From Candidatus Aminicenantes bacterium (lineage in GTDB: Bacteria > Acidobacteriota > Aminicenantia > Aminicenantales > Saccharicenantaceae), in the NCBI GenBank assembly GCA_963807525.1, contig CAWECI010000008.1, positions 33,011 through 97,010 on the forward strand: a stretch of 64,000 bases of DNA, written 5' to 3'. Numbering within the stretch: the first letter of the stretch is position 1; every line of letters starts with the position of its first letter. A program made the position numbers and the translations under genes. Of the stretch, positions 52,236 through 61,402 are shown one piece after another. Under the pieces are notes generated by a model. That model ran no database searches. It was not told the DNA's origin and was given only the letters and a program-made list of their open reading frames with translations.

Positions 52236-53314
52236 GCGCCACGCCGCTCGAATACGGTCCCCTCGTCCGGGACATGCTCGGCCGGGCGGCCGCCGTCCGG
52301 CAGCCGGCCCACGGCACCTTCGAGCTGACCGGCCGATGCAATCTCGCCTGCCGCATGTGCTATGTCCGCCAGGCCCCGGGCGACAGGGCGGCGGCGGCAG
52401 CCGAGCTTCCCGCTTCGGCCTGGCTGGATCTGGCCGGCCAGGCCGTCGACGACGGCATGGTCTTCCTCCTTCTCACGGGCGGGGAGGTCCTCCTGCGCCG
52501 GGACTTCTTCGAGATCTACGAACCCCTGACCCGCCTGGGGCTCGTCCTGGCCCTCTTCACCAACGGCACCCTGATCACGCGAGACGTGGCGGCCAGGCTG
52601 AGCGAGGCGCCCCCCAGCCGGACCGAGATCACCCTTTACGGCGCCACCGCCTCGACGTTCGAGGCCGTCACCGGCGTGCCGGGCAGTTACGCAGCCTGCG
52701 TGGCCGGTATCGAAGCGCTTCTCGCCCGGCGGGTCCCGCTCGGGCTCAAAACCACGCTCACCCGGCGTAACGCCGTCGAGCTCGAGGCCATGCGGGCCAT
52801 GGCGCGCGACTGGGGCGTGCCGTTCTCGGCCAGCTGCTTGCTGGCGAAGCGGCCCGACCGGGGGCCGTCGGAGATCGACGAGTGCCGTCTCTCCCCGGCC
52901 GATTGTATCGCGCTCGAAGCCACGGACCGTGCCTCGGCCGACGATTGGGCCGAGGTGGCCCTCAAGGGCCCCGCCGCGCCGGCCCACGGCAATTTCTATT
53001 GCCGTTCGGGCCGGGCCGCCTTCGTCATCGGCCCGTCGGGAGAGATGAACGTCTGCTCGCTCCTGCCTCGCCCGGGAGCCCGGCCGCTCGGATCGGGCTT
53101 TGCCGAGGCCTGGAGGCAGGTGGGCCGTTTCGTCGAGACCGCGCCTCCACCGGCCGAGGCGTGCCGCGCCTGCGAGGCCCTTCCCTACTGCGGGCGCTGC
53201 CCGGCCTGGTCGATGATGGAAACGGGAACACTGACCGAGCCTGTCCCCTATCTCTGCAGCATCGCCCGGGCCCGGCTCGAGCGCCATGGCCATCCGAAGG
53301 GGACGGCGGGCTAG
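52232..53314 (+). CDS. radical SAM enzyme with C-terminal SPASM domain (peptide maturase)
   Basis: The GTG overlaps the PqqD stop (GTGA). CNLACRMC (CX3CX2C). GGEVLL. Seven-Cys SPASM pattern C-X12-G-X4-C ... CRACEALPYCGRC ... C. Confidence 0.85.
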   Translation: MSATPLEYGPLVRDMLGRAAAVRQPAHGTFELTGRCNLACRMCYVRQAPGDRAAAAAELPASAWLDLAGQAVDDGMVFLLLTGGEVLLRRDFFEIYEPLTRLGLVLALFTNGTLITRDVAARLSEAPPSRTEITLYGATASTFEAVTGVPGSYAACVAGIEALLARRVPLGLKTTLTRRNAVELEAMRAMARDWGVPFSASCLLAKRPDRGPSEIDECRLSPADCIALEATDRASADDWAEVALKGPAAPAHGNFYCRSGRAAFVIGPSGEMNVCSLLPRPGARPLGSGFAEAWRQVGRFVETAPPPAEACRACEALPYCGRCPAWSMMETGTLTEPVPYLCSIARARLERHGHPKGTAG

Positions 53315-55116
53315 CTTTTCATTCTCGATTCGCGCAGCTGGGCCACATAGAGCGCTCTGCCGGCGTCGACCCCCAATTGCCTCAGGCCGTGTTCCATGGG
53401 CGTCGTGTAGCCCCGGCCGGACCGGCGCGGCCCGAGCGCCAGCACGCCGCAGAAGGCGTGGCCCAGCGTCCGCGAGGTCGTCAGAGGGACTAGGAAAGAG
53501 AACGCCGAGCCCTCGGGCATCGACGCGAGCCGTCCCTGCCGCAGGCCCTCACCGGTCGCTTCGTCGACGGGAAGCCGCCGCGGCAATCCGGCCTGGGCCG
53601 GAGTCTCCTGGGCCAACATCAGGCTTCCGTCCGCCGCGGGCGTGTAGGCGGCCGCCGAGGCCAGGTCGAGCTGCCCGGCGACGGCGCGGACGAGCGTGTC
53701 CATCATATCGGGCGGCGAGAGAAGGGCCTGGACCTCGAGATTGAGCAGGCCGCAGGTCTCGGCAAAGCTGACCTCCTCCGGCTTCATCTTGCGGTCCACG
53801 AACCTCTGGATGCGTTGCCGCAGGGGGTTAAAGGCGGCCACGGGGAAGGCCGCGGTCGCGGCAACGGCCAGCAGCCGGGACACATTGCCGAAGATCTTGC
53901 CGACCAGGGTCGTCAGCACGGCCAGGATGGCGGCGCTCATCACGGTCAGGGCGGCCGTGAGCGTGCTGTACACGAGCGACCTGTTGATGACGATATCGAT
54001 ATCCCACAGACGATGCTTCAGGAGGGCCAGGCCGAGCGCGACGGCCATCAGGGCGTAAGGGATCTGATAGCCCACGACGCTGATCTGCCAGAGGATGAAC
54101 ACCAGGACGGCCGAAGCGTGCGACGGACCCGCTCCCCCGCCGTTGACCACAAGGGACGCGACCTGGGAGACGGCGTAGCCTGCCACGACGGAGGCCAGCG
54201 CGATGACGAACCACTTGATCTGCTCCCGTTGGGCCGGCGTCGAGACGCGCCGGTAGCGGCGCATCTGAGAGACGAACATGGCCACGATCATGAGGAGGTA
54301 GGCGGCGAGCGTGGCCCCCGGGGCCCAGTTGACCGGCCGGGCCGCGGCCCAGAACCACTGGGCCACGGTCCACGCCCAGACGATCGCGACCAGGACGCGG
54401 CCGCCGCGGGGCACCCATCTCCCGTCCGGGTACAGGAAGCCCAGGAAGGTGAAGGCCGCGGCGAAGCCGGTCGGAACGAGCGCGGCGGCCAATCCCTGCC
54501 AGGGCGACGGGTCGACGGCCAGGAGCTGCACGCTGCTCGTCGCGGCCGCGCTGAAGGTGACCAGGGCGATAGAGGCGAAATAAGTCAACGCCGTGCCCCG
54601 GCCCCGGGAGATGATCAGGAACGAGACGGCCAGGTAAACCAGCAGGACGATGATGTCGAGGATCAGCATCTCGTTGATGATGACGTCCATGCCGACGCCG
54701 AGGGCAGATAACCGGTCGGCGATGGAGCCGGGCTCGGGGGAGCGGATCACCTCGACGGCGCGGGGCGCGGCCGTTCCCGTCCGGACGGACAGGCTTGCGG
54801 GCGTGCCCGTCCAGCCGTTGACCCGGTCGAAGAGCTGGGCCGCGGTCGGGTCCTTCTCGAGGGCCCGGCCGTCGACGGCGACCAGGACATCGCCGGGGAG
54901 AATGCCGGCCTTGGCCGAGGGAGTCCCCGGCGCGATCTCGGTGAGAACGACTTCGCCGGCGGCATTGATGCCGAATGAAACGCCGCCGAGGGACACGATG
55001 TGCTGCCGCCTGTAGGCGGCCGGGACCGCGACGACGATCAGGACGACCGTCAGCGCGACGATGACCAGGCGCGCCGCGCGCAGGAGCTTCAGCGGGAGGG
55101 TCGTCAGGGGGGTCAT
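53311..55116 (-). CDS. PDZ domain - polytopic (about 8 TM) - C-terminal GAF-like sensor-type membrane protein without recognisable output domain
   Basis: N-terminal anchor and PDZ (..PSAKAGILPGDVLVAVDG..), then multiple hydrophobic helices, then a soluble C-terminal domain. Confidence 0.65.
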   Translation of the reverse strand: MTPLTTLPLKLLRAARLVIVALTVVLIVVAVPAAYRRQHIVSLGGVSFGINAAGEVVLTEIAPGTPSAKAGILPGDVLVAVDGRALEKDPTAAQLFDRVNGWTGTPASLSVRTGTAAPRAVEVIRSPEPGSIADRLSALGVGMDVIINEMLILDIIVLLVYLAVSFLIISRGRGTALTYFASIALVTFSAAATSSVQLLAVDPSPWQGLAAALVPTGFAAAFTFLGFLYPDGRWVPRGGRVLVAIVWAWTVAQWFWAAARPVNWAPGATLAAYLLMIVAMFVSQMRRYRRVSTPAQREQIKWFVIALASVVAGYAVSQVASLVVNGGGAGPSHASAVLVFILWQISVVGYQIPYALMAVALGLALLKHRLWDIDIVINRSLVYSTLTAALTVMSAAILAVLTTLVGKIFGNVSRLLAVAATAAFPVAAFNPLRQRIQRFVDRKMKPEEVSFAETCGLLNLEVQALLSPPDMMDTLVRAVAGQLDLASAAAYTPAADGSLMLAQETPAQAGLPRRLPVDEATGEGLRQGRLASMPEGSAFSFLVPLTTSRTLGHAFCGVLALGPRRSGRGYTTPMEHGLRQLGVDAGRALYVAQLRESRMKS

Positions 55117-55682
55117 TTCGAACTCGCCTTGGGGGATCTCAGACGGGCCACGGCCTCCGTGGCCGCCTTGGCCACGTCCTGGCTCGCGTGCTTCTCGAGC
55201 TTCTCCAGGGCTGGGAGGGCCCGCTTATCGCCGAGGAGGCCCAGCGTCGAGGCGGCCGCTTCGAGGAAGGGATCGCTCCCGCCGCGGGCCAGGGCCTCGA
55301 GGACGGCGTCGACGGTCTTCGTCCCGCCGATCAGTACCAGGGCCGACGAGGCCTGTTCCCGGACGGCGGCATAATCGTCCTTCAAAGCGGCGATCAAGGG
55401 CTTGACCGCCCGTTCGTCCCGGATGCGGCCCAGAACGACCGCGGCGCCCTCGCGCCCGAGATAGACCTGGTCCCGGCCCAGGACGGCGATGACCGCCCAC
55501 ACGGCCGGCCGGCCGATCTTCACCAGCTCGGCCCGGGCCGTCTCCCGTTCGGCGTCGTCCAGGCTGTGGAGCATGGCGCAGTATTTTTCGACGTCGGCGG
55601 TCTGCCGGGCCGAACCATCCGAGGGCATCGAGGCAACGGAAAGGAGCGTCAAGGCCGCCATCAGCCAGACCCGAACCTGCAT
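55113..55682 (-). CDS. secreted HEAT-repeat protein
   Basis: ATG 55682 has a GGGGAGGG SD and a signal peptide. Repeats of the ..AV.PLI.AL.D....VR..A..AL type. Confidence 0.7.
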   Translation of the reverse strand: MQVRVWLMAALTLLSVASMPSDGSARQTADVEKYCAMLHSLDDAERETARAELVKIGRPAVWAVIAVLGRDQVYLGREGAAVVLGRIRDERAVKPLIAALKDDYAAVREQASSALVLIGGTKTVDAVLEALARGGSDPFLEAAASTLGLLGDKRALPALEKLEKHASQDVAKAATEAVARLRSPKASSK

Positions 55683-55715
55683 GGCCGTCCCTCCCCAAGG
55701 GGTCATTTGGTGATG

Positions 55716-55745
55716 ATGCTAGCTTTGGGCGGGACGCAATGTCAA
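55716..55745 (-). promoter_or_regulatory. sigma70-type promoter for the HEAT / PDZ-membrane pair
   Basis: The minus strand reads TTGACA-18 nt-TAGCAT, about 35 nt before ATG 55682. Confidence 0.45.
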
Positions 55746-55854
55746 GGGCTCTCTCGCCCCGTCAGGCCGCGGTCCGGCGGGCGCTTTCGGAGGTCGGCGT
55801 TGGCTGGGGGTGTGGTGACATGCCAGATACAGCTGATCGCGGCAGCGCCCCCTT

Positions 55855-57702
55855 TCATCGAACAAGAGCCGTCGTCTCAAAAACCGGCAGCTTTTCGAAC
55901 CAATGGAGCCGGGTCCTGGTCCGCTTCCGCCAGTTGAACAGGTCGAGCACCTTCTTCTTCATCTCGGGGGGCATCTTGGCGAAGCCGGTATAATCCCCCC
56001 AGCCGTTGGAAATGGCCACGGCCGCCTGATACTCCCGGACGCCGAATTCCGTGAAATCGAAATGCGTGACCGGCTCCCAGTTGCAGGACCACAGGGCGTT
56101 CCGGTAATTCGGGAAGAGGCCATAGGGCCACGCCTCGGGGTCGCAGTGCGTGTCTTGGTACGTCCCGTCCGCGACCAGGGCGTACGGCGGCTTGGCGATC
56201 CACTTGTTGACCCCGATGCAGTCCGAGGCCAGGAAGGCCAGGCTGCGTCCGGACTGTCTGTTATAAGCGTGGACTTCGGCGGCGAGGTCCCGGACGAGAC
56301 GCATCATGGCCCGGTCCGCGTAGCCCGGGACCTTCTCCGAGCCCAGGCTGCCCGTGTCGACATGGAACGTTTCGTCCCAGACGAAGGCGTCCAGGTCGCC
56401 GCCGTATTCGCGCGACAAGGCCTTGATGTATTGAAGGAAGAAGGACCGGACGGCCGGATGGAGGGGGTTCTGACAGTAGGTCTTCCCTCTCGTGTCCGGC
56501 CCGACCCAGCCGCCCCAATAGAGGACGCGGTCCGGCTGGAAAATGCCGGCCAGGCCGTCGCCGGCGCTCATCCCGTCACCGAAATAGAGAGCGACGCGGA
56601 AGCCGCGCGAGGTGGCGTAGCGGATCCGCTTATGCATATCGTCAAGAGTCATGGCCACGGGCACGCTCGCCGGGAAGTCCTTCTTGACGTTGGGATAATT
56701 GGAGAAGGCCGTCCAGCGCGGATCGAGCCGGCCGGTCGCTGGGTCGAACGTGTAGCGGCCGACGAAATCGTACCAGCCGTGGAGCGCCAGCAGGACGCGG
56801 CCCCGGTCGGCCGCCGGGAGGGCGGCTTCCAGTGCGTCGATATCCTCGTACCAGCCGCGCCCGCCCGAGCTCAAGTAATCGTAGTCGACCATGGCGATAT
56901 CGTGGATCCAGGCCGGACCGGGCGGGATCTCGGCCAGGGCCAGGTCGTAGAATTGGGCGATCGCGGCGTCGGCCTCGCCCCGATGGAAGACCAGCGAGAC
57001 CACCCGTCGCTCCAGGTCGTTCTCGAGCCCGACGGACTTCGGATAGGTCCATTCGAGCGAGTCCCTCTTGAAGACCGCCGAATAATAGGGATCGGTCATC
57101 ACGGTGCAGCGGTCGGACGGCAACACGGTTTGAAATGTCGCCATGGGGATGGCCAGAGAGAGCACAGCCGAGGGAGCCACTCCGGCGAACCGGTAGACGG
57201 CGGCTTCCCCCGAAGCCAAGGCCGCACCGACCCCGTTCTTCAGCGGGAGCCAGGTCTCATCCGGGAGCGCGACCGGGCCGAGGGACAGGCTGACCGTGAG
57301 GTCATCGGGCAGCCGCGAGCGCGAGCGGAGGGTGACCTCCCGGCTGAAAACCGCGGCCTCTCGCCCGGGGCCGAGCCGGTAGACGATCTCGACCCCCAGC
57401 GCCAGTTCTTTCAGGTCATAGACGAACTGGATCGCATTCTCGCCGGAGGCCGAACGGAGGGGCGCCGTGAGAGGGAAGCGGCGGCCGCCGCAGGACACGT
57501 CGCCGGCGCCTTTGCGGCTGGCCGTTTCGATGCGGCCGCGGCCCGAGGCGATCGAAAGAACGGAGCCGTCGGACCCGACGCGGACCCGAAAATCGCCGCT
57601 GACCAGGGTCTTCGTGGGCCGCAGCGAACATGACGCCCAGATAACGAGCCCGCCGGCAACAAGCAGTGCGGCCGGCCGGACCGTCTTCGATCTTTTGAGC
57701 AT
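55855..57702 (-). CDS. lipoprotein / secreted hypothetical, possibly TIM-barrel glycoside-hydrolase-like
   Basis: Signal with ..VIWASCS. Long uninterrupted ORF. No family firmly recognised. Confidence 0.55.
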   Translation of the reverse strand: MLKRSKTVRPAALLVAGGLVIWASCSLRPTKTLVSGDFRVRVGSDGSVLSIASGRGRIETASRKGAGDVSCGGRRFPLTAPLRSASGENAIQFVYDLKELALGVEIVYRLGPGREAAVFSREVTLRSRSRLPDDLTVSLSLGPVALPDETWLPLKNGVGAALASGEAAVYRFAGVAPSAVLSLAIPMATFQTVLPSDRCTVMTDPYYSAVFKRDSLEWTYPKSVGLENDLERRVVSLVFHRGEADAAIAQFYDLALAEIPPGPAWIHDIAMVDYDYLSSGGRGWYEDIDALEAALPAADRGRVLLALHGWYDFVGRYTFDPATGRLDPRWTAFSNYPNVKKDFPASVPVAMTLDDMHKRIRYATSRGFRVALYFGDGMSAGDGLAGIFQPDRVLYWGGWVGPDTRGKTYCQNPLHPAVRSFFLQYIKALSREYGGDLDAFVWDETFHVDTGSLGSEKVPGYADRAMMRLVRDLAAEVHAYNRQSGRSLAFLASDCIGVNKWIAKPPYALVADGTYQDTHCDPEAWPYGLFPNYRNALWSCNWEPVTHFDFTEFGVREYQAAVAISNGWGDYTGFAKMPPEMKKKVLDLFNWRKRTRTRLHWFEKLPVFETTALVR

Positions 57703-57721
57703 GGCAGCCTCTCCTGTCCCT

Positions 57722-58579
57722 TCAGCGCAAGGCCCGGATGGCCCTAAACGTTTTCTCCATATCCGCCGGGACCGAGGGGTCGGCCTTGGAGAGCCAGCCG
57801 ATCAGGCGATCGCCCCCGGCATAGAATGTCACTCGCGTATAGGGGCGCGCCAGGCCGGCGTCGTTCACGGGGAGCTTCAGCCGGACCCGGATCGCGTTCT
57901 CGAGGTGACGGGCCAACCCTTCCTTCCATTCCTGCCAGGTCATGTAATCGAGATCGTCGGCGGCGAGCAGGCGCGCGAGCTCGGTGCGGCACTTCCGCAC
58001 AAGCACGCCGTCCCCGGCCCCGAGGGCGTCGAACATGGCGGCGTAGGCCGCGACGAACCGGACGTCCGTATACGGGAAAGGATGTTGAAGCTCCCAGGAA
58101 TAGTCCTTTTTCTCCATGGCCTGCCGGTAGATGCCAAGCTCCCCTTTGAGTTTTGGCTCGACCGTAGCTCCTTGAGCGCAATGCACGAATTCGTGGAGGA
58201 TGAAAACGAATCCGTCGGCCTGGTCGAACACCTCCGGCGTGACGACGCAGGCCGACGCTCCGTCCAACGCCTCGAGCGGGAAAGCGGCCCGGATGCCCTT
58301 TGGGATGGGGAAGGGCTCGGGGACCGTTTTCGAGAGGACATAGGTCCGCGCCGTCTCATCCGGGACGAAGATCCGGAGGGTCTTGTCTTTGGCCACGGCG
58401 ACCGGATAGAGCGTGGCGAAGACGGGATGGATATCGCGGATCGTTTCGCGCAAGCTGAAGAGCCGGTTCAGGGGACCGATCTCCGGCTCGACGGCTCCGG
58501 CCGCCCGCCCGGCCCCGCCGGGCAAGCCTAGGGCCAAGACCAGAAAGGACACCGTCAGAAGGGCTTTTCTACCGGGCAT
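57722..58579 (-). CDS. secreted hypothetical protein with HExxH motif (putative metallopeptidase)
   Basis: AAGGAG-N5-ATG at 58579, signal peptide, FILHEFVHCAQG. Confidence 0.55.
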   Translation of the reverse strand: MPGRKALLTVSFLVLALGLPGGAGRAAGAVEPEIGPLNRLFSLRETIRDIHPVFATLYPVAVAKDKTLRIFVPDETARTYVLSKTVPEPFPIPKGIRAAFPLEALDGASACVVTPEVFDQADGFVFILHEFVHCAQGATVEPKLKGELGIYRQAMEKKDYSWELQHPFPYTDVRFVAAYAAMFDALGAGDGVLVRKCRTELARLLAADDLDYMTWQEWKEGLARHLENAIRVRLKLPVNDAGLARPYTRVTFYAGGDRLIGWLSKADPSVPADMEKTFRAIRALR

Positions 58580-58599
58580 GTCTGCTCCTTTCGGGACAC

Positions 58600-59433
58600 T
58601 CAATAGCGGACCTCGGTCTCGACCACGAAGAACTTGTAGTCGCTGTACCGGATCTCCGTTTGCGAGGCCCTATGGATCCCCATCCGCGAATCATAATCCT
58701 CGTGGACGGTGAGCTCGGACAGGAAGCGGATGCCGTTCTTCTCGACCCCGTAGACGCCGACGATGGAGATCCTGGGCGTCGCGTCGTGCCCGATCGACCG
58801 GGCCATCCTCCGGACCGCCTCGAGATCGCTGATCGAGCGCTGGTCCCATTCGATCTTGACGATGGCGAAGTCCTTTTCCCTGACCCAGACCTTCCCGTAG
58901 AGCAGGTTGGGCTCAGGAGAGCCCGACGGTTGGGCTTCGATCACAAAGGCCTTCTCTTTGTCGACCTGGTCCTCGCCCAGGTAACGATAGACATGCCGCG
59001 ACTGCCAGTATTCGCTCAGCAGGCCGAGCGGCCCGAAGACCAGGTACCGGTGTTTATAGAGCTTTGTCTTGAGCGGGGCGTCCGGCTCGTGCCGCGGGCG
59101 TCCATTCTCCTTGAGCAGGACCCGCTTCTCCTCGATCGAGTCGCCCTTCCGGACGAGCTGATAATCGTATTCGAGGGCCACGCGCGTCGTGCGGCCGGAT
59201 CCCCCGAGGCTGAAGAGCTTGATGGGCGGATCGAACTGGCGCTCATCGATCTGTTCTCGGCAGACGAAATATAACGACATCCTCTCCAGCCGGTCGCAGT
59301 AGGCCCGCGTCTTCTCCAGGATCCGCGGGAGCTGATCGGCGGGCTGCACCGTCTGTTTCGCCGGGACGGGTGCCCGCAGCAGAAGGAATAGGAGAAGCCC
59401 CAAGCCCGCGATGATCTTGGGATCTTTGAACAC
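58600..59433 (-). CDS. secreted hypothetical protein (LolA-like-sized beta-rich)
   Basis: GTG start with a GAAAGGGG SD, signal peptide, no recognised motif. Confidence 0.55.
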   Translation of the reverse strand: MFKDPKIIAGLGLLLFLLLRAPVPAKQTVQPADQLPRILEKTRAYCDRLERMSLYFVCREQIDERQFDPPIKLFSLGGSGRTTRVALEYDYQLVRKGDSIEEKRVLLKENGRPRHEPDAPLKTKLYKHRYLVFGPLGLLSEYWQSRHVYRYLGEDQVDKEKAFVIEAQPSGSPEPNLLYGKVWVREKDFAIVKIEWDQRSISDLEAVRRMARSIGHDATPRISIVGVYGVEKNGIRFLSELTVHEDYDSRMGIHRASQTEIRYSDYKFFVVETEVRY

Positions 59434-59456
59434 TCAGGCCCCTTTCTCGCTCGATC

Positions 59457-59485
59457 AGAATAAGGCCTGGCCGGGGAGGTGTCAA
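59457..59485 (-). promoter_or_regulatory. sigma70-type promoter for the 59433-55855 string
   Basis: The minus strand reads TTGACA-17 nt-TATTCT, about 24 nt before GTG 59433. Confidence 0.5.
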
Positions 59486-59542
59486 GGAAGGTCCCGGTCC
59501 GGGTTCAGATGCGGTCGAAGTCAGGAAAAGGAACCCTGAGCG

Positions 59543-61402
59543 TCAGCGGGCCTTGAGAGGCAGGACGATCTTGGAGGGATGGCGACGGTCCCGTTCGACC
59601 CGGATGGTCGGCGCCTTGGCCCGGCCAGCCGGATATTCGGCAAAATTGTCCTTGTCCGCGCCGGCCACGGCGATCCGGATACGATGTCCCTTCCGGACCA
59701 GGGCGGAAGTCGCCCACAGGTCGAACGTCAGGTCGACGATCTTCCCGGGGGCCATCCCTTCGGCATCGCGGCGCTCGAATGTCCGGTAGGGGCCGAAGAT
59801 CACATAGGGCGGCTGGCCGTGCGAGACCTTCCGGCAGACAGCCCTGATCTCGCCCTCGGTGATATAGGTCACTCGTCCCGTTTCGTCGACGTCCTCGAGG
59901 TAGGCAAAGAACGCGCCATCGGTCGCATCCGAGCTCGCGTAGAGGGTTACGAGGGGATGCCCCGTGATCTCCATATCCCTTTCAAGGGCAGGGCCCGTAT
60001 AGACGAGCAGCTTCCGGTCCTCGGCCGCCCGGTCGGGATAGACGACGTCGCCGCCACCGATATTGGTGTGCCAGCGGTTGGCGGCGCCGGTCGTCGCACT
60101 GTAGTCGACCGTGTAGCTGTCCCCGTCCTGTCCATCCGCGGGCGCCCGCGTCGTCAGCGTCCCTTGGGGCCCGAAATAGAGGGTCGTGGCCTGGAATCCG
60201 GGCGGCGGCCAGACTTCGGTCTCGGTCCAGGTCCCCGCGCCAAGGGTGTAATAGCGGATGCGGGAGATCGCTCGGGGCGGAGCCGCCGGCTTCAGGCGCT
60301 CGTCGAAGAACCGGATCATCTCGGCCCGCTGGGTCTCGGGGCTGGGCCGGACCGCCTGCTCCTGCGGGTTGAACGGGTCCGTGTCGCAGAGGCCGCCATG
60401 GCTCCAGGGACCGATGACGACATCCTGAGGGTTGGGGAGGGTCCGGAACCGGGCCAGGGCGCCCTCTACGGTGGCGGCGTCCAGCCAGCCGACGCGGATG
60501 AACAGGGGCGTTCTCAGGGCCGCGATCTCCCGGACATGGCCCGAGGGATTGGCCAGCCTGGAAAGGTCCCGGATCCCTGAGGGTCCGAAGGGGTCGTCCC
60601 GGAATTCCAGGCCTCTGGCCGCCGCGGCGACCTGGACGTTGGCCCGATGCTGAGCCACGGCTTCCGCCATGAGGACCCGGTCGGGGTCGTCGTCGACGGG
60701 CTTGACGCCGCGGACGTTCGTCTTCAACTCCTCGCATTTCTCGCGGGAAGCTCCGGCCAGGGCGCAGATGTCGTCGGCGTCCATGGCTTCGATCATCCGG
60801 CCCCACATATCGGTGTAGAAATCGAGAAAAAGACCGCCGGGGTAAGCCAAGTGATCGAGATAATTGAAATCGTTGAACAGCGGCGCGGCCGCGGCGACGG
60901 CGGGGCGTCGGGCCACCAGGAGCATTTCCGCCGCATTGCCCACGTAAGACACGCCATAGGACCCGATCTTCCCGTTCGACCAGGGCTGGGCGACGATCCA
61001 ATCGGCGATCTCGCCGTAGTCGGCGACCTCGTCGGCGGTCATCTCGTAGGCCCGGCTGCCGAACGAGGCGCCCGTGCCGCGGGCGTCGACGAGGACCAGC
61101 GCGTAGCCCGCGTCGTTGAAGATCTGGGCGGTTCGGAAATTCGAATCCAGCTCCGGCTCGCGGCGGATCCTGTCCTGGGCCCGCCAGTAACGTGTCGCGG
61201 TCATCAGGGCGGGGATCCTTTGATCCAGGCCGAGGCCCTCGGGAAGCCAGACGTCGACGGCGATGCGAACGCCATCGCGCATCGGCACGTAGAGCGAACG
61301 GAGCCGGGGGAAAGAGGACGTCGCGGCCGCGACGGGAAGCCGGAGCAGAAGCCCGAGGATCAACAGCCCCGCGATCTGAACGGACGTCCGGCGGTTGGCC
61401 AT
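59543..61402 (-). CDS. CocE/NonD-family (S15, X-Pro dipeptidyl-peptidase-like) hydrolase, secreted
   Basis: ..VPMRDGVRIAVDVWLP.., ..VLVDARGTGASFG.., ..GSYGVSYVGNAAEM.. (nucleophile Ser). Only the last 619 codons of the 825-aa track ORF are real. Confidence 0.8.
   Translation of the reverse strand: MANRRTSVQIAGLLILGLLLRLPVAAATSSFPRLRSLYVPMRDGVRIAVDVWLPEGLGLDQRIPALMTATRYWRAQDRIRREPELDSNFRTAQIFNDAGYALVLVDARGTGASFGSRAYEMTADEVADYGEIADWIVAQPWSNGKIGSYGVSYVGNAAEMLLVARRPAVAAAAPLFNDFNYLDHLAYPGGLFLDFYTDMWGRMIEAMDADDICALAGASREKCEELKTNVRGVKPVDDDPDRVLMAEAVAQHRANVQVAAAARGLEFRDDPFGPSGIRDLSRLANPSGHVREIAALRTPLFIRVGWLDAATVEGALARFRTLPNPQDVVIGPWSHGGLCDTDPFNPQEQAVRPSPETQRAEMIRFFDERLKPAAPPRAISRIRYYTLGAGTWTETEVWPPPGFQATTLYFGPQGTLTTRAPADGQDGDSYTVDYSATTGAANRWHTNIGGGDVVYPDRAAEDRKLLVYTGPALERDMEITGHPLVTLYASSDATDGAFFAYLEDVDETGRVTYITEGEIRAVCRKVSHGQPPYVIFGPYRTFERRDAEGMAPGKIVDLTFDLWATSALVRKGHRIRIAVAGADKDNFAEYPAGRAKAPTIRVERDRRHPSKIVLPLKAR

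Noticed and set aside
51779-53293. 504-aa minus-strand ORF
   Set aside because: It is antisense to the PqqD and radical SAM/SPASM genes, which carry diagnostic Cys motifs.
55903-57633. 576-aa plus-strand ORF
   Set aside because: It is antisense to the 615-aa lipoprotein gene, with shadow-ORF composition.
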